This document shows positions 37,706-51,342 of a stretch of 64,000 bases of DNA, one piece after another. Both the position numbers and the translations under genes were made by a program. How positions within the stretch are numbered: position 1 is the stretch's first letter; each line of letters starts with the position of its first letter. Source of the stretch: a virus; IMG/VR virus record IMGVR_UViG_3300046758_000611, positions 32,001 to 96,000 of that record. One strand, written 5' to 3'. The notes under the pieces are model-generated. The model had not been told where the DNA came from and did no database searches. It saw only the letters and a list, made by a program, of their open reading frames with translations.

Positions 37706-39136
37706 TTAAAAATCTAACTTTACCTTTATAAGAGTTTCAGAGTCAAAACTTTTCAGTACAGGTGTACTTAATTTTGCAATAGCAACCAATTCATTGTTTT
37801 CCGTATACAATCCTATTGTTGTAATATACGTACGGGGATCAGATATAAAATCTTCATGTCGCACTCTTCCATACCAATAGTCCTTTGAAATTCCAGTTTC
37901 TATATTTTTTTGTTTTGCCTCGTCATTTTGATAAACATATGTCGGATTGTTGCTATAATTAAAGTCGGTATTTTTTACACGAATAAAATAATGCTTAGAC
38001 GGAATATTTTCTGTACTTCTACACTTTAGGTTTTCTCCATCTCGCAACGCATAAAATAATTTTAGAAAATTTTGATGGTTTCGTTCTGTTCCATATCTAA
38101 AATTACTATCAGAACCTTCTACATTTTCAATTCCACCGCACCAAGCAAAAAATGTACCAGCATTTTTATCATTATCTTGTGTTGAATATTCAGGTATTGC
38201 ATTTAGTTGTGATCTGAAAAAGTTTCCAGAATCGGATGCTATTGCGTATGGATTAAGTATTACGATTCCTAAGTCAGGATAAAATAATCCAAAACCCTCT
38301 CCGTCTCCAGTTAACCCACCTCCATCGGAATAATAGTCTTCGGTTTGTGGTGCTATGTCTGTGAGAGATCCTTTTATTATATTAAAAACCTTTCCTATTC
38401 GTGATCTACCTGCTTCAATTTGTGTATCAGATTGGTATCTACTATCGTCTCTAAATGTCTGCTCATACACAAACTCTTTTAGTTCATTTGTAGATGGATC
38501 AACATATTGATGTTTTAATTTTAAAGTAAACTCAAGATTTCCTTCATCCAATTTTTCTTTAATTCTACTTGAAGCAAAATTTATAATATAAATCGACTCT
38601 CGGTCCGCAACTTCGTCTCCTATTTTGGGAAATGTAAAAAAGGAATCACCAGGTCCCAAAAGTATATTTTTGTACTGATTATATATTGCCTTTGTAACAG
38701 ATGCTGATTTTTCTCCAACCCTTGAACCATAACCATTTTTATCACCATAAGAAACTGTAAATTGAACTTCCGAATTTGCTTCTGTTGTTGGTAAATTATA
38801 CACATTCGCATAATAGTCTCCACCTTTAACACTTGTCCAGTTATCTGTATGATATAAAGCAGTTTCTGACACATTAATGTTTTCAGAATAATTTTCTGTG
38901 TATGTTGGTGCGGTATTTGATGCAATGTAACTTGGTTTTTCAATATCTAGTTGTCCATCACCGTCATTATCTGCATTTGTTACCACATATGATAGTGGTG
39001 TGTCTAATTCCCCTCCGTCCGAATTGTCTATAAACATATCAGTCAATTGAAATTCATCATTAGAGAAAGCACCGGATGAAATCTTGAGAGTTCTTCCAGT
39101 AACTTTATCACTATCTTCTAGTTGTTTGTAAATCAT
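37706..39136 (-). CDS. virion structural protein (paralogous C-terminus to the 1472-aa protein)
   Basis: 476 aa; GLFYPDLGIVILN, YFIRVKNTDFNYSNNPTY, TYITTIGLY..NNELVAIAKLSTP. Confidence 0.75.
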   Translation of the reverse strand: MIYKQLEDSDKVTGRTLKISSGAFSNDEFQLTDMFIDNSDGGELDTPLSYVVTNADNDGDGQLDIEKPSYIASNTAPTYTENYSENINVSETALYHTDNWTSVKGGDYYANVYNLPTTEANSEVQFTVSYGDKNGYGSRVGEKSASVTKAIYNQYKNILLGPGDSFFTFPKIGDEVADRESIYIINFASSRIKEKLDEGNLEFTLKLKHQYVDPSTNELKEFVYEQTFRDDSRYQSDTQIEAGRSRIGKVFNIIKGSLTDIAPQTEDYYSDGGGLTGDGEGFGLFYPDLGIVILNPYAIASDSGNFFRSQLNAIPEYSTQDNDKNAGTFFAWCGGIENVEGSDSNFRYGTERNHQNFLKLFYALRDGENLKCRSTENIPSKHYFIRVKNTDFNYSNNPTYVYQNDEAKQKNIETGISKDYWYGRVRHEDFISDPRTYITTIGLYTENNELVAIAKLSTPVLKSFDSETLIKVKLDF

Positions 39137-39137
39137 A

Positions 39138-39803
39138 TTAGTAATTTATTGCGTTTATTAGTTCACTCTCTGATTGGGATTCTGTGAATACTCGTACAGG
39201 GATTGTAATTGATCCACCGGTTTCATTTCCAATTATAGTTAGTGTTGTTACTACACTTTTTGTTAAAGAAGCATTTGGACGAAATGTAAATTGCAACCCA
39301 ACAGATGTAGTTGATTGTTCACTTGAGGTGTCACCTATAAACAATGAAGTTGTTTGTGATACAGAAGCATCTACACCAGACCCCTCCAGTGTACCAGCAT
39401 CACTATTTGACAACACGGCCGTATAACCAAGTGTTGTGTTGTATACAGGATCGGTTGTTGGAGTAATTGAAACAAATCCTTGGTAATCGGTATCCAATGT
39501 GATACTTTGTTGACCCAATTTTATTTTTGGGACCATTTGTGTTCCAGCTGGAAGTGTTACTAATTTATATTTCAATGCTTGTGTTTCATCAGTAAGTGGT
39601 TCAAAAACAGGCATTGTCCGTAAAGCTGCGTCATAATATTGCGAACCTTCTGGATGATTCGTATCGTAAAGTGTATAATCTATTTCGTCATCCGCAAGAG
39701 CAAAACTTGTAATGTTAAGTCCGTTTTCCGATGCTAATAGTTCTCTTCCTCGTTTTGTGAGGACTGCTTCAACCGTAATTGTTTCGTTATTTAAGTATCC
39801 CAT
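39138..39803 (-). CDS. conserved virion structural protein (baseplate region)
   Basis: Likely start ATG 39803: MGYLNNETITVEAVLTKRGRELLA, FALADDEIDYTLY, LKYKLVTLP, IGNETGGS. Confidence 0.75.
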   Translation of the reverse strand: MGYLNNETITVEAVLTKRGRELLASENGLNITSFALADDEIDYTLYDTNHPEGSQYYDAALRTMPVFEPLTDETQALKYKLVTLPAGTQMVPKIKLGQQSITLDTDYQGFVSITPTTDPVYNTTLGYTAVLSNSDAGTLEGSGVDASVSQTTSLFIGDTSSEQSTTSVGLQFTFRPNASLTKSVVTTLTIIGNETGGSITIPVRVFTESQSESELINAINY

Positions 39804-39849
39804 GTCTAATATATATATTTTATAGTATAAATATTTATATACAATATTT

Positions 39850-40803
39850 TTATGTTGCAATAATTCTTCCTTTTATTTTTCTAAATTTTCCGTTGGCAAC
39901 TTTCCTAATTCCATCGTTACTTCCACCAGTTACCACAAATTTCTGTTCTTCTATTTTTTCAGAATTAAGCAATGCCATTGCTTGTTTTTCCGTAAAACCC
40001 ATATTCATTTTATCAATTATATTGTTTGCATAGTTATCAAATGCTTCAACATATTTGTCTGATTGCATATAATAATAATCAAGTCCTCCGTTTATTTTTA
40101 GAAAATCTTGTTTTGTGATTGGTTGTCTTTCTGATTCATCTATATATGAAGTTTGTTGTGTTGTTCTTCCTTCGTGAAAAAAATAAGAAACTTCGGATGT
40201 TGTGTGTTCATTCAGTGAAACATTTCCATAATCAAGTATATCGGAATAAAACATAACATTATCTATCATACCACAAAATCTACCAATTTCAATATTATTA
40301 AAAGTAACAAATGGTCGTGTGAATCCAGTATCATGTGATCCTACATACACATTATCCACAAACAGCCTGGTAATTCCCGAAGGATAAAAATTTACTACAA
40401 CACAATGCCATGTCTCTTTTGTGAGTTTAAAAAAGAAACTTGAATCTTCACCGGATGCAGGTGTATTCCAATTTATACCAAGTTCAAGTTCTTCTTCGTT
40501 TGCGTTTACTACAACTCCTGTTCTATTATCAGTTTCAGGTGACCTATTTAACATAATACCCGAAGATGGAGCACTTTCTTGATCAAGATAAACCCAAAAC
40601 GCCATACAGGCAGAATTTGTATACACACTACTTTGTTGAACTACTTTGATATATTCGTGTGTATTTGTTTCATCTTCACTTACGTTATTTTTTAATTTAA
40701 CTATATTTCTATACTCACGATCAGGACCACCCGTAAGTAAGTCACCTCCATATAATACCCCATAGTTTGAGGTGTTGACTGAGTTTATTATTTTAACTGC
40801 CAT
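39850..40803 (-). CDS. LamG/concanavalin-like domain protein
   Basis: 317 aa; [36 protein letters not shown]. Confidence 0.65.
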   Translation of the reverse strand: MAVKIINSVNTSNYGVLYGGDLLTGGPDREYRNIVKLKNNVSEDETNTHEYIKVVQQSSVYTNSACMAFWVYLDQESAPSSGIMLNRSPETDNRTGVVVNANEEELELGINWNTPASGEDSSFFFKLTKETWHCVVVNFYPSGITRLFVDNVYVGSHDTGFTRPFVTFNNIEIGRFCGMIDNVMFYSDILDYGNVSLNEHTTSEVSYFFHEGRTTQQTSYIDESERQPITKQDFLKINGGLDYYYMQSDKYVEAFDNYANNIIDKMNMGFTEKQAMALLNSEKIEEQKFVVTGGSNDGIRKVANGKFRKIKGRIIAT

Positions 40804-43800
40804 TTTGAGTAACCTTTCTTAGTATATTAGATCCTATTGTGGTTTCAAGTTCTCCTTCGTAACAATCTCCATTACTTCGTATAAATCTAATTTTTAGAGG
40901 ATTTACAAAATTTCTTGATACTTCGATGGTCATACCACCTTGACTAAAATCACTAACATTAAACGGACATACATAGGAACGGGGAATCGTTGGTTCGGTT
41001 GAAGTATCATCAAAGCATATTGTTCCATCTTCTGATGATGAAACTTTAATACCCAAGTTGCCAAAATCACCAACCAAGTTTTCTATTTCTAATATAACAC
41101 CCAACTGACCACAACAATCAATTGGAGTTTGTGTTGGAGTTGGAGTTTGTGTTGGAGTTGGAGTTGGGGAAGGTGTGATAGTTTGTGTGGGTGTGGGTGT
41201 GGGGGTGAGTGTTGGGGTCTGCGTGAGTGTTGGGGTCTGCGTGGGTGTTAGGGTCTGCGTAGGGGATGGTGTGGGTGTTGGGGTTCGTTCCAATCGTGTA
41301 AATGGATAATTAACATTAAATTCGGGAGACACAGGTAAAATAGTTTCATAACAGACATTATCGTTTGTCACAAATCGTATCAATGTTTCGTTTACTAATT
41401 TTGAAGGTAAAGAAAGTGTCAACCCACCATTACTAAAATCTTCTTCAACAAATGGACAACTATAAATTATTGTAGTTGGGTTGTTCGTACTTCGTTCTAA
41501 ATTGTTGTAACATAGTGTACCTGCAATAGATGTAGTTACAACTATTGATTCAGATTCAATTGTATTTTGGCCCTCATTTAAGTTTTTTGTTTTTAATAAA
41601 CCTTGACAACACTCATATGGTGTGGGTGTCTGTGTTGGGGTTTGGGTTGGTGTGGGTGTCTGCGTTGGTGTCTGCGTTTGAGTAGGAGTTGGTGTTGGTG
41701 TTGGTGTTGATGTTTGCGTTGGTGTCTGAGTAGGAGTTGGTGTTGGAGTTTCTGCCAAAGATGTGGGTGTTTCTAAAACAAATGGTGTGGATGTGTAGGT
41801 TGGTGTTTCTGTGGGAGTTGGTGTTGGTGTTAAGTCAACATTGTCAGTTTCTTCAAACTTAAAATAAAATTCAGGTTGTTTATCAAGAGATAACATCGAT
41901 GGATATTGATCTTGTCTAAGGGTATTTGTGGTAACAACATTTTCAGTTGGTTTGTCTTCGATAAACCAAAATGAATCGTGCGATGCGTTTGTACTTATAG
42001 ACTTTGTTCTAACGACACATGGAGTGTAATTCAAATTTCCGTTAGAATCAACGGTAGTAGTTGAATTGTTAGTTGTTGACTTACTGAATATATATCTTTT
42101 CTTCCTGCTTCTAATTTTAGGTACACCACTTTCTATGAAATCACCACGATTTCCAATATCCACAAGGTTGTATCCTGAAAATTCAGTTGTTATATCGTGT
42201 AATATATTATTTCGTATAATGTGTTGATTTAGATCATAATCCAAATCAAAATTAGAAATAGAAAAATTTATATCAGTTGGTAAATTATATCTTTTAGAAT
42301 TTGTATAATTTTGAAATCGTCTTATATTAAAATTAAATTTAACATTATACTCTATTTCTTTTATATAATCTGGAACATGAACTCTTGAATTATTTGTTGA
42401 AATGACATCAGATGCTTCCCATGACTTCTGTGTATAGTTTATGTTTCTCCAATTGGCACTTTTGCTTTTATTATTAATTGTATTATTTACTGATATTGTA
42501 AGTGGTGGAACAAAAAAGTCACTTCTGTTAAAATTATCATTAAAATTAAATTCATATTTTAAAAAATCACCCAGTTCCGACGAGAATATATGTGGTGATG
42601 ATTTCATACTAATTGGACAAATGTTTGTTTTTATATTTTCATATGAATTTTTTGTGTAACCAAAATAAAAAATAGAAGTTTTGTGGATCGTGTTTGACCC
42701 GGAGTCTTTAAATTGTGGTAATAGAAAATCTTCTCCCAAAAATAAATTTTCATCAAATGACCAAAATATATCAACAGATTTTAAGTCAACATTTCTAATT
42801 AAATTTTTGATTTGAATTTCATTTTCCTCGTTTGTTTGTAAGTTTGTTAAAATTGTTTCCGTAAAATATTCACTCGTTTGATTTACAAGTGGGTGGGGTC
42901 TAAAGCTATCAAGTTCATATCCCCTCGGTTCTCCGTATATATTTTTTTTGATTTTATATGTGTAAATAGCAATCGGTAAAAGTGGTCGTTTATATGAAGT
43001 GTATGGCAATTTTTGTGTATTTGTTGTTTGTACTGTGTAAATTGGTTGTCTTTCTCCGACACACCCATCACATACATTATCAACGATATATCCAAATTTT
43101 AATTCATCGTCTTCAAATTTACGCAAACTTGCGTTTTTCCAAGCAAATGCGTTTTCTTCGTTTTCATCAAAGTTATTAATCTCTGAATTTGTATTTGAAT
43201 ACCCGACTCGTAAGTTAAGTAGTCTTTTCTCACAATTGGTAGCAGAATTTTCAAACATAACATAATAAGAACCCTCGTCCCTCGGATCATCGTTTACCAA
43301 TTTCCATGAAAGATTTAAATTATCATAAAAAATATACCAACCATTTACATTTTTATACAATGGATATTCATTTAGGAAATCACTGGTTTTCATGTAAAAT
43401 CCATCAACACCATCATACCTACCTCGTATATTTCTATTTGAAATAGTTATATATGGTAATATTTTATCTTCATTCAATTTACGATTAGTTAATATGCAAA
43501 ATGTTTTTGTTTTATCATCATGATATTCTCCATATGCAGGTAAAATTAAATTCAAAGAACGTACAGATACTGTCCATGCCAAGTTTTTGTTACTTATCGT
43601 TTGAAATGTTTTGAATAATCTTTTATTGGGAATCAAAACAAAAGAATCACCAGTTGCCACAAAATTTGTTTTTGATTCAATATTAATATCTTCGTCTGAT
43701 TTATATAAATCCTCAACGGCAATAACATCTGACTCATAAACCGACTCGTGGATTGGTGCATGAACTATTGTACCAACTTGAAAGTCAAAATTATTGTTGC

Positions 43801-46800
43801 TTTCATTTAAAGATGAATCAAACGTTGTAGTAACATTGCTCGAATTATTACGTATCCAACTTTTGTTTCTAGTCTTGTCGGCATTACTTATTACCCATTG
43901 CCACCCCTCTTTATATATAATCCACTCTCCGATGGGTTTTTGTCTATAATAAATACCAGACTGAGAACTTATTTTTTCATATTTTCCATTTACCCCTTCT
44001 CTGCTTTCTCGGAAACCAGATACCAAAACATCACCCTCCGAGTTAAAAACATTCGTATTTTTTGGAAAATAAAAATCACCCCCACCACCGTTTAGTGTGC
44101 TAAATTTAATAGGCCTACTTGATGCCTTTTCTTCATCAAATATGTAAACTAAATTTTCGTTTTTAAAATATTCTGATTCAGACTGGCCACTTCCGAGTGG
44201 GTCTATATTAGATAAAATCCACCGATCAAACAACACACTATAAAAAACATACCACCAAGTATTTTTATTATTTGTGAAAACTTCTTTTCCATTGAATGTT
44301 TCATACCCACGTATATATGTTCCATTTGCAGAATACATTACTCCGTGAAATGATGAAATTTTAAAACCAGAATATTCTCTTTCATTTAGTATCAAGAAAA
44401 AATTCTCAATTCCTCTCTGTGTGTATGTGTAACTGTCGTTGGAGAGTTCGTTTATTTCTATTTTATAGTTAGTGTACTCATCATTCATGTTCAACATAAG
44501 TTTACTGTCTAATACATCTTCTGAATATATAACTATTTTTTCACTTATCTGACTTTCGTTTTTACTAAACTCTCGTATGATACCCTGATCAAAAAACAAA
44601 GAATGCTTTGCTCTAAGAGCAAAATATACAAATGAATCATTTTTAGTTGCGGTTGATTTTAATATCTCGTTAAAATCACTATAGTCTGTTGGTTCGAAAA
44701 CTATTTTGTCAGACTCCGACTCTATGAGAGATTGTTCCCATTTACTATCACAGTTTGAAAGAAAATTTTCACTCTTTCCATCAATAGTTTCTGTTTTAAA
44801 TTCATCAAGATAGCAAACAAAATAAAATTTATTATCATACGAAACTCCCGCATCTGTGTATGTGTTTATTGTAAACTCAAAGTAACAAGTTCTAAGTCCA
44901 TCTTCGTTTAATAAGACATTGCTTTTTGCTTCCTCAAGTGCCGTTTCATTTAAAACAAGATTTTCATTTTCAGAAACCTCATTAGTTAAGTTATCTAGCA
45001 AATCTTGCTCACCTCCTCCGTATGAAATTGGTAAATTTGTTGGTAGTTTATAGTCTCCAATTGAATTTTTAGAGTTAGGAACAAACCCACTTCCATACTC
45101 TACCTTCTCAGGTGAATCACTTTTTAAAAAGGGTGTTGTAAATTTATATATACGATTTTCAGATAATGCATTTAAAAATTTATTACTATATTTTATGTTG
45201 TGTCCAGTTAGTGTTCCTTTTTTATTTAAAATAAGAGTTATATCGAGTAAATCAACATCTGGTATTTGTGTGCTAATTTCTTCAATTTGACCAATCTTCC
45301 AAATAAAAGAAACTTCATTTTTGATTTGAATTTGTTTATACTCGTTTAGTAATTGTTGTGAACAAGCTAGTAACTTTAAACTTCTAATATTATTTGTTTT
45401 AAGTTTGATTGTAGTCGCAATGTCATAATCTAACATAAAAGGTTTTTTAATGACATCGTTTACCATCACATCATACGAAGATGCATATAACCCAGAAGAA
45501 GTTCGTATTCCATTTTCATAAAAAATACTATAATCAGATTTTCGTATCCTAGCATCTATTTGTAGTTTTTCAGTTAGTTGCACGGTGTGTTTATTCTCAC
45601 TTGGAAGTGGAATAAAATCGTAATAAGAAAAATTTTTAAATCTACCGGTTGAGTTTGCATTGCTCTGTATTACTGGTACTAAATTAGAAGCACGAAATCC
45701 TAAGTTAAAATCAACTATATCATTTATACTTAACTCACCACTCGAATTTACCCCATCCGATGCTATATACGGAGAATTACAATCATAATAAGAAAATTCA
45801 TTAAAAACTTTACCAAGAACAACTAAATTAGATACATATCCGGTAAATAATCTTCCTATAAATTTACCAGACTGAACATTAATATTTTCAAACGAACCGT
45901 CAAATATTTTTTTATTATTTTCTGTATACTCGTAGAATTTACCATTATCATTTAAATCGATGTACCTACCATAAAACTCTCCATATATTCTGCAATTCAA
46001 TATCCCTCTAATATAACCCCCACCAACACGATTAATTTCAGAAGAGTGAGTATTTATTTGAAAAATTCTGTCATTTTTTATGTTTGTTGCTACGGTTGCT
46101 CCTCCATCCGAGTTTACATAGAATGTACTTATTGACGATGATACCTCCATTGATTGTAGTGGTGTTTTTACACAACCACCATCAAACTCACTACACATAT
46201 TAGAAAATAATACAGGTAAATTATCTACATTATTATTTGCAGTATCATTCTTTTTTTCTTTAATCCAATAATCCGCATCATCAAATATAGAAGGTTCTTG
46301 CAAGAACTCAGGATTTTTATTTATCAACATCCAACAATTATATGATTTACTAAAAAATATAAACCAAGTATTTGATTTGTTTTTGAATAATGGTTTGTTA
46401 TTTATATTTTTTTCAGAAGTGTATTCACCATTTGCTGAATAAAAACCAATGTACTGATCCCCTATTTTGGTATTTTTTATAAAACCTGAAATTGTTAATA
46501 CAATTGAATTATATACAAATGAATTTGTTCCTTTATTTTTATTTGAATTAAATAAATGCAAATTTTTGTTTATTTTTTCTACTTTATATTCATTTCCATC
46601 CGATGAATATATACCATTGTTTATAAATGTTCCAAAAACTCGTTCATCAAAGTCATTGTCAGGTATTATATTTCCTGTATAATTGTCGTTGTATGCATTT
46701 CCTTTGATTCTATCAATTGACATACTACTATCGATACTTAAAATATTTTTATCTCCTGGTTTAAATTTTACTTTAGAATCTTCGTTTGCGAAATTTGCAA

Positions 46801-49800
46801 TATTTTTTCTATCGTAACTTCTTGATCTTAAATTAATTTGTTTTAATTTCTCTATACTTTTGTTCGTTTTTGTTCCGTCTATAATAGTAGTTTCAATTAC
46901 ATTTTCAACTTTGGGTGATTTTATTTTATGTCGTTCTAGAATACTTGGTTCTATCAAAAGACCAGAAATTAGTCTTGTTCTTGCTGGCACCAACTTTTCT
47001 ATATTCTCAAAAAACGAAGCATCTACATAGGTTTTTAATATATTTAGAAATGCTTGCCAATCTATCTTACCAAACCCTTCTTTATAGAACACTTTTCTAA
47101 ATTGTTCAAATTTTTTGTATTCTTTATTGTATAAATCAAGTGGGTCTCCGATATATTCACCTATATCGTAGTTTCCAAAAAACCTTATTATTTCTCTGTT
47201 TAATATATCAGTTGGACTTATAGTGCATAAAACCGTATTGTTATCAATGGTTACTCTGTCAAGTTGCTTTCTTGTTACACTTTTTCTTGGATTTAAGACT
47301 CCTGTTCTTTTTTGTTTTTCATGCCTGATTTTTGCATTACTGAATGCCTGCGATCCGAAACTTGGAAGTCTTGCATACTGAACCGCTGCACTTCCTTTAA
47401 AGTCAAACGGATATTCTGTGCTTGTAAAGTTATATGCTTTTATATACTCCACCGAACTCGCAACCGCAGAGTTTTCTAGTTTTCCGTATCCACCGTCCGT
47501 GGATTGGGTGCTTATATCATGTGGTAAATCAAAGTTTAACTTTACAAACAAATTATCAACAACCAATTTAGGGTCATCCAAACTATATCCTTGGTCGTAA
47601 AATATATGGTCATTAAAATTATCAGAAGTAATTTCTTTTTTATATAATCTTAATTTATCAAGTTCTCCACAAAACAAAGAAGAAGAATAATTACCAACAT
47701 ATAAATTATTATCATCAGTTTCGTGTAAATCACTACAAAAGTTCTGATATTCATAGTCTGTTATTTTTATACTAGAAATTTCGTTCAAAGTAACTTTTCC
47801 GTCAATTTGCTTTCTAATGTATGTTTCTATAAAATATGATGATAGTTTGGTATCATCTTTTACTATTTGCAAAAGAACATGAATGTATTCATCTGTGAAA
47901 AGATATACAGGATTTTTTTGTTCGGTTGGTGTATATATTTTATCATTTAATACAAACGAAGAACCTATATTTTTATATTGAAAATAGAATCTTCCGTATT
48001 CATAATTTTTATTTGAATCAAATTCAATGCAAAATTTCCATGTATTTGTTTCTAATAGTATTATGTCACTTACACTACCAGAATTTAGTTTTTCTGCTTC
48101 TATGATGTTTTTTACTTGTAATTCATTTAATTTAAAGCACAACTCGATGGATTTTATTTGATGTGAGTTCCATTCTATCTCTAGATATTTTGACGAGTCT
48201 AGTCCACCAATGTCATTATTAAACACTAAAGAAAAACTATAAGAATCAAATTCAAACCAATTATCACCACTTGATGTTTCGGTTGAAAGTCCACCATATT
48301 CTTTTATACTTAAGAAGTGATTAGGAAGTCCATAGCACTTCATTAATGCACCGATTGACTTTTCAGTACCTATGTGTTTTATTATATAAGGTAGGTTATT
48401 TAGTATACGTCTCCATATTGTCGATCTTCTTGTAGAAATCAACGATGACGTACTATTAACCTCTGCACTTGCATCATCACCAGAGTCATCTTCACCCGTA
48501 AACGATAATCCTAATGATGACAACATATATTGTACTAATTTGTTTGGAATTCCTCTATCTGGATGGTTAGATGCGTTTCTAACTTTTCCCATGTTGTCTA
48601 TATAAGACACAAGTGTGTCAAACTGCACTCCAACTGAATTTAGAAAAAGTAAAAAGTCATTGTTGTCTTCATTTCGTGTGAGGAATTCAGGTATGCTATT
48701 TACAAGGGAAGCATCATTTTTATCATCGTAAGTTTTTGCATCTTTTGCTTGAAATAAATACCACTGATAAGTCCCTGTTGATACAAAATCCTCGATTTTC
48801 TCAGGAAGAATCTCTGGTAGTCTTTTCAAAACACCTTCGTGATTTTGAATGCTTTCGTATCTAACCGAAACAACTTCATCTTTAAATGAGTTACTACAAT
48901 TAGAACTTAGTTTAATTTCGTTACTTATATAACTCAGTGTTGAAATTTTAAACCAATCTGCGTTAGCAGTTGTTCTTTCTTTATTCGAAACTACCCAACG
49001 TTTGTGTGTTTCGTTAGTTTCTTCCTCAAATACTACTTCGTAGAAAATGTAAAAGTTGGAAATTCTATGCTTGAATTCACGTTGATTGTTAAAAAACCCA
49101 ATTTGTTCATATGTACCGTTTGCCCAACCAAGAGAACCAAATGTATCTTGGTTTTTGGCTATACCACTTACCTCTAAATTATTTGTCCGTGGCCAGGTCG
49201 TTGATACTTCTGATATATATGTGGTATATGCAATTGATGTTTGCTCTTTATTTTCATCCTCGTATGTCCATAGCAGATTTGAAATAATTGGAGTGCTACT
49301 ATCTGTAAATGCTTCATCATTTATTGAAGATAAACGCACAACTATTTTATTTGCTGTGGAAAATGAAAAGTAAGGATTTGGTGTTTCACTTTTAACAGAA
49401 CTTGACTTGTCATGTTTTTTTCGAAACCACCTTCCTATTTGATTGCTTATTTCAGATGCAAGTGCATGGGGTTGCATTCCTTCGTATATACTAATATCTC
49501 CGTAGTTTGGTGTCTTTTTGGATGTAAACTTTATTGTAATAAAGTCATTATCAGGTAGATTTATTTCAAATCCATATATCTGCGGAATAGACTGATTTCT
49601 ATTAATCGTTGTCTGTTCACTTGGTTGGTTTGTTATACTATCTAAATTATTAAATTCTATGATCGCAGTTGCATCATCACTTTTATTTTCAAAAAACAAA
49701 TATCTTTCGTATCCGTCTAGTTTTGCTAAAATTTCACTTTTTGTTTTATTTTCTTTTGAAATTTCAAGTGTTCTAAGAAGACGTATCGAGTTTTCAGAAA

Positions 49801-51328
49801 TTTTTGCTTCAATGTTACCTATACTTGTTTCGTATTGTAAATTGTATATTTCTTTTTCTATATTTTTTATCTTGTGAACTATAACTGAGAAGTTTGTCAT
49901 TTTGAACAAAAACGAGTCAATTCTAGATTTTGCAGAAGAGTATTTAACAAAATTATTAAAATCTGAATAATCTACATTCAAATTTAAGTCAGATGATGAT
50001 GATGTATTGAAGTATTTTGCTACATCATCGGTTACATTTTCAATTAAATCTTCTTGGTTATACTCTTTCGTTCCACGTGATGTACTTACTAAAGTTAAAT
50101 CTGGTTGTCTCAGTTTTTTTGTTGGGACAATTGATGTTTTATTCAGTATTGTTGTAAAATACAGATCATCTGAATAATATAATCCACTTATATACATTCT
50201 TGTATTTATTTCAATGTCTTGGTCAAGTGGTTTGGCAAGTTTAATTACAATTGGAGTATATGCAGAATCCGATACGACCTCGGTTGACTTTGCGTATTTT
50301 ACAATAGGAATTCCATTACCAAATCCAAGATTAATTATGTTATTTAAAAATCTATCAAATCTTCTTGCGTAAACTTCATTTACATAACCCACATCATAAG
50401 AATACATTATCAAATCACGATAAAACAAAACGGAAGTATCGGATGCTGGCAATAAACTTAGTGCCGGGTGTTTTGAGATTATATAGTTTACTGCAAGTGA
50501 ATATTCTTCGTAGAAATCTGACTCAGCAAACACATTGTTGTATTTTGTTAAGATTAAGTTGCGATATAGTTTTTTACACTTATCATAAAACTTATTTATA
50601 TCAATTAGTAAATCATTTTTACTTAAGTTTAATGATTTTGTAAGTTCGTTAAATTTTGTTTCAAAGTCCGCTATCTGCAACTCAAGTTCATTAAATATAT
50701 CTGAAGACGAGTAGTTTATTGTTTTTATAAACTTTTCGGTTTCATAAAAAATATGAGACACTACAATTCTTCTGTTCGCAAAGTTTTCAAATTCAAACCC
50801 CAGTGCAACATCCTCTGACTTATTTGATGCACGGGATGCTTCTGGTATTATCTTAATCTCGTTTCTACTTGGAGATATTTCTTTAATTATTAGAAAAGAA
50901 CTTGACTCAGACGAACCAACTATATCATTACGCATAGATATACCAACTTTATATGCACTTGGAGCAGTTGCTCCAAGTTTTTTCAGTTGGTCAGTAAATG
51001 ACAATATTAATTTTCCATCTTTTACGAAATATCGTGAACCAATTACATCTATACTCCCTTGTACATTATCATCGTTATAATCAAAAAAATTAAAGTTTAC
51101 TTTTTTAAAGTCATCATCACCAGGAATAGTTGACCAATACAATAAATCATTAGAAGTAGAGTATACCGAAAACTCAACTATATCCTTCGAGGATTTTCCA
51201 AAAATAAGTTTTGTTGGTTTTTCGTCTAATACAATATCAAGTAAACTTTCGTCTACTACATACCCACGTTGAAACGGTTCGTTTTCTTTAATATTGGGTT
51301 CTTTAATATGTTGTATTAACGAATTCAT
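40793..51328 (-). CDS. giant virion structural protein (baseplate wedge/fibre-like) with LamG-like region, internal repeats and P/T linkers
   Basis: 3511 aa uninterrupted ORF; [62 protein letters not shown]. Confidence 0.8.
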   Translation of the reverse strand: MNSLIQHIKEPNIKENEPFQRGYVVDESLLDIVLDEKPTKLIFGKSSKDIVEFSVYSTSNDLLYWSTIPGDDDFKKVNFNFFDYNDDNVQGSIDVIGSRYFVKDGKLILSFTDQLKKLGATAPSAYKVGISMRNDIVGSSESSSFLIIKEISPSRNEIKIIPEASRASNKSEDVALGFEFENFANRRIVVSHIFYETEKFIKTINYSSSDIFNELELQIADFETKFNELTKSLNLSKNDLLIDINKFYDKCKKLYRNLILTKYNNVFAESDFYEEYSLAVNYIISKHPALSLLPASDTSVLFYRDLIMYSYDVGYVNEVYARRFDRFLNNIINLGFGNGIPIVKYAKSTEVVSDSAYTPIVIKLAKPLDQDIEINTRMYISGLYYSDDLYFTTILNKTSIVPTKKLRQPDLTLVSTSRGTKEYNQEDLIENVTDDVAKYFNTSSSSDLNLNVDYSDFNNFVKYSSAKSRIDSFLFKMTNFSVIVHKIKNIEKEIYNLQYETSIGNIEAKISENSIRLLRTLEISKENKTKSEILAKLDGYERYLFFENKSDDATAIIEFNNLDSITNQPSEQTTINRNQSIPQIYGFEINLPDNDFITIKFTSKKTPNYGDISIYEGMQPHALASEISNQIGRWFRKKHDKSSSVKSETPNPYFSFSTANKIVVRLSSINDEAFTDSSTPIISNLLWTYEDENKEQTSIAYTTYISEVSTTWPRTNNLEVSGIAKNQDTFGSLGWANGTYEQIGFFNNQREFKHRISNFYIFYEVVFEEETNETHKRWVVSNKERTTANADWFKISTLSYISNEIKLSSNCSNSFKDEVVSVRYESIQNHEGVLKRLPEILPEKIEDFVSTGTYQWYLFQAKDAKTYDDKNDASLVNSIPEFLTRNEDNNDFLLFLNSVGVQFDTLVSYIDNMGKVRNASNHPDRGIPNKLVQYMLSSLGLSFTGEDDSGDDASAEVNSTSSLISTRRSTIWRRILNNLPYIIKHIGTEKSIGALMKCYGLPNHFLSIKEYGGLSTETSSGDNWFEFDSYSFSLVFNNDIGGLDSSKYLEIEWNSHQIKSIELCFKLNELQVKNIIEAEKLNSGSVSDIILLETNTWKFCIEFDSNKNYEYGRFYFQYKNIGSSFVLNDKIYTPTEQKNPVYLFTDEYIHVLLQIVKDDTKLSSYFIETYIRKQIDGKVTLNEISSIKITDYEYQNFCSDLHETDDNNLYVGNYSSSLFCGELDKLRLYKKEITSDNFNDHIFYDQGYSLDDPKLVVDNLFVKLNFDLPHDISTQSTDGGYGKLENSAVASSVEYIKAYNFTSTEYPFDFKGSAAVQYARLPSFGSQAFSNAKIRHEKQKRTGVLNPRKSVTRKQLDRVTIDNNTVLCTISPTDILNREIIRFFGNYDIGEYIGDPLDLYNKEYKKFEQFRKVFYKEGFGKIDWQAFLNILKTYVDASFFENIEKLVPARTRLISGLLIEPSILERHKIKSPKVENVIETTIIDGTKTNKSIEKLKQINLRSRSYDRKNIANFANEDSKVKFKPGDKNILSIDSSMSIDRIKGNAYNDNYTGNIIPDNDFDERVFGTFINNGIYSSDGNEYKVEKINKNLHLFNSNKNKGTNSFVYNSIVLTISGFIKNTKIGDQYIGFYSANGEYTSEKNINNKPLFKNKSNTWFIFFSKSYNCWMLINKNPEFLQEPSIFDDADYWIKEKKNDTANNNVDNLPVLFSNMCSEFDGGCVKTPLQSMEVSSSISTFYVNSDGGATVATNIKNDRIFQINTHSSEINRVGGGYIRGILNCRIYGEFYGRYIDLNDNGKFYEYTENNKKIFDGSFENINVQSGKFIGRLFTGYVSNLVVLGKVFNEFSYYDCNSPYIASDGVNSSGELSINDIVDFNLGFRASNLVPVIQSNANSTGRFKNFSYYDFIPLPSENKHTVQLTEKLQIDARIRKSDYSIFYENGIRTSSGLYASSYDVMVNDVIKKPFMLDYDIATTIKLKTNNIRSLKLLACSQQLLNEYKQIQIKNEVSFIWKIGQIEEISTQIPDVDLLDITLILNKKGTLTGHNIKYSNKFLNALSENRIYKFTTPFLKSDSPEKVEYGSGFVPNSKNSIGDYKLPTNLPISYGGGEQDLLDNLTNEVSENENLVLNETALEEAKSNVLLNEDGLRTCYFEFTINTYTDAGVSYDNKFYFVCYLDEFKTETIDGKSENFLSNCDSKWEQSLIESESDKIVFEPTDYSDFNEILKSTATKNDSFVYFALRAKHSLFFDQGIIREFSKNESQISEKIVIYSEDVLDSKLMLNMNDEYTNYKIEINELSNDSYTYTQRGIENFFLILNEREYSGFKISSFHGVMYSANGTYIRGYETFNGKEVFTNNKNTWWYVFYSVLFDRWILSNIDPLGSGQSESEYFKNENLVYIFDEEKASSRPIKFSTLNGGGGDFYFPKNTNVFNSEGDVLVSGFRESREGVNGKYEKISSQSGIYYRQKPIGEWIIYKEGWQWVISNADKTRNKSWIRNNSSNVTTTFDSSLNESNNNFDFQVGTIVHAPIHESVYESDVIAVEDLYKSDEDINIESKTNFVATGDSFVLIPNKRLFKTFQTISNKNLAWTVSVRSLNLILPAYGEYHDDKTKTFCILTNRKLNEDKILPYITISNRNIRGRYDGVDGFYMKTSDFLNEYPLYKNVNGWYIFYDNLNLSWKLVNDDPRDEGSYYVMFENSATNCEKRLLNLRVGYSNTNSEINNFDENEENAFAWKNASLRKFEDDELKFGYIVDNVCDGCVGERQPIYTVQTTNTQKLPYTSYKRPLLPIAIYTYKIKKNIYGEPRGYELDSFRPHPLVNQTSEYFTETILTNLQTNEENEIQIKNLIRNVDLKSVDIFWSFDENLFLGEDFLLPQFKDSGSNTIHKTSIFYFGYTKNSYENIKTNICPISMKSSPHIFSSELGDFLKYEFNFNDNFNRSDFFVPPLTISVNNTINNKSKSANWRNINYTQKSWEASDVISTNNSRVHVPDYIKEIEYNVKFNFNIRRFQNYTNSKRYNLPTDINFSISNFDLDYDLNQHIIRNNILHDITTEFSGYNLVDIGNRGDFIESGVPKIRSRKKRYIFSKSTTNNSTTTVDSNGNLNYTPCVVRTKSISTNASHDSFWFIEDKPTENVVTTNTLRQDQYPSMLSLDKQPEFYFKFEETDNVDLTPTPTPTETPTYTSTPFVLETPTSLAETPTPTPTQTPTQTSTPTPTPTPTQTQTPTQTPTPTQTPTQTPTPYECCQGLLKTKNLNEGQNTIESESIVVTTSIAGTLCYNNLERSTNNPTTIIYSCPFVEEDFSNGGLTLSLPSKLVNETLIRFVTNDNVCYETILPVSPEFNVNYPFTRLERTPTPTPSPTQTLTPTQTPTLTQTPTLTPTPTPTQTITPSPTPTPTQTPTPTQTPIDCCGQLGVILEIENLVGDFGNLGIKVSSSEDGTICFDDTSTEPTIPRSYVCPFNVSDFSQGGMTIEVSRNFVNPLKIRFIRSNGDCYEGELETTIGSNILRKVTQNGS
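41120..41285 (-). repeat. Pro/Thr (PT/PTQT) coding repeat, tract 2 of giant protein
   Basis: [17 protein letters not shown]...; GGTGT/GGAGTT-rich DNA on plus strand. Confidence 0.9.
41618..41830 (-). repeat. Pro/Thr coding repeat, tract 1 of giant protein
   Basis: [11 protein letters not shown]...TPTQTPTP. Confidence 0.9.
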
Positions 51329-51342
51329 GAATTATTTATATT

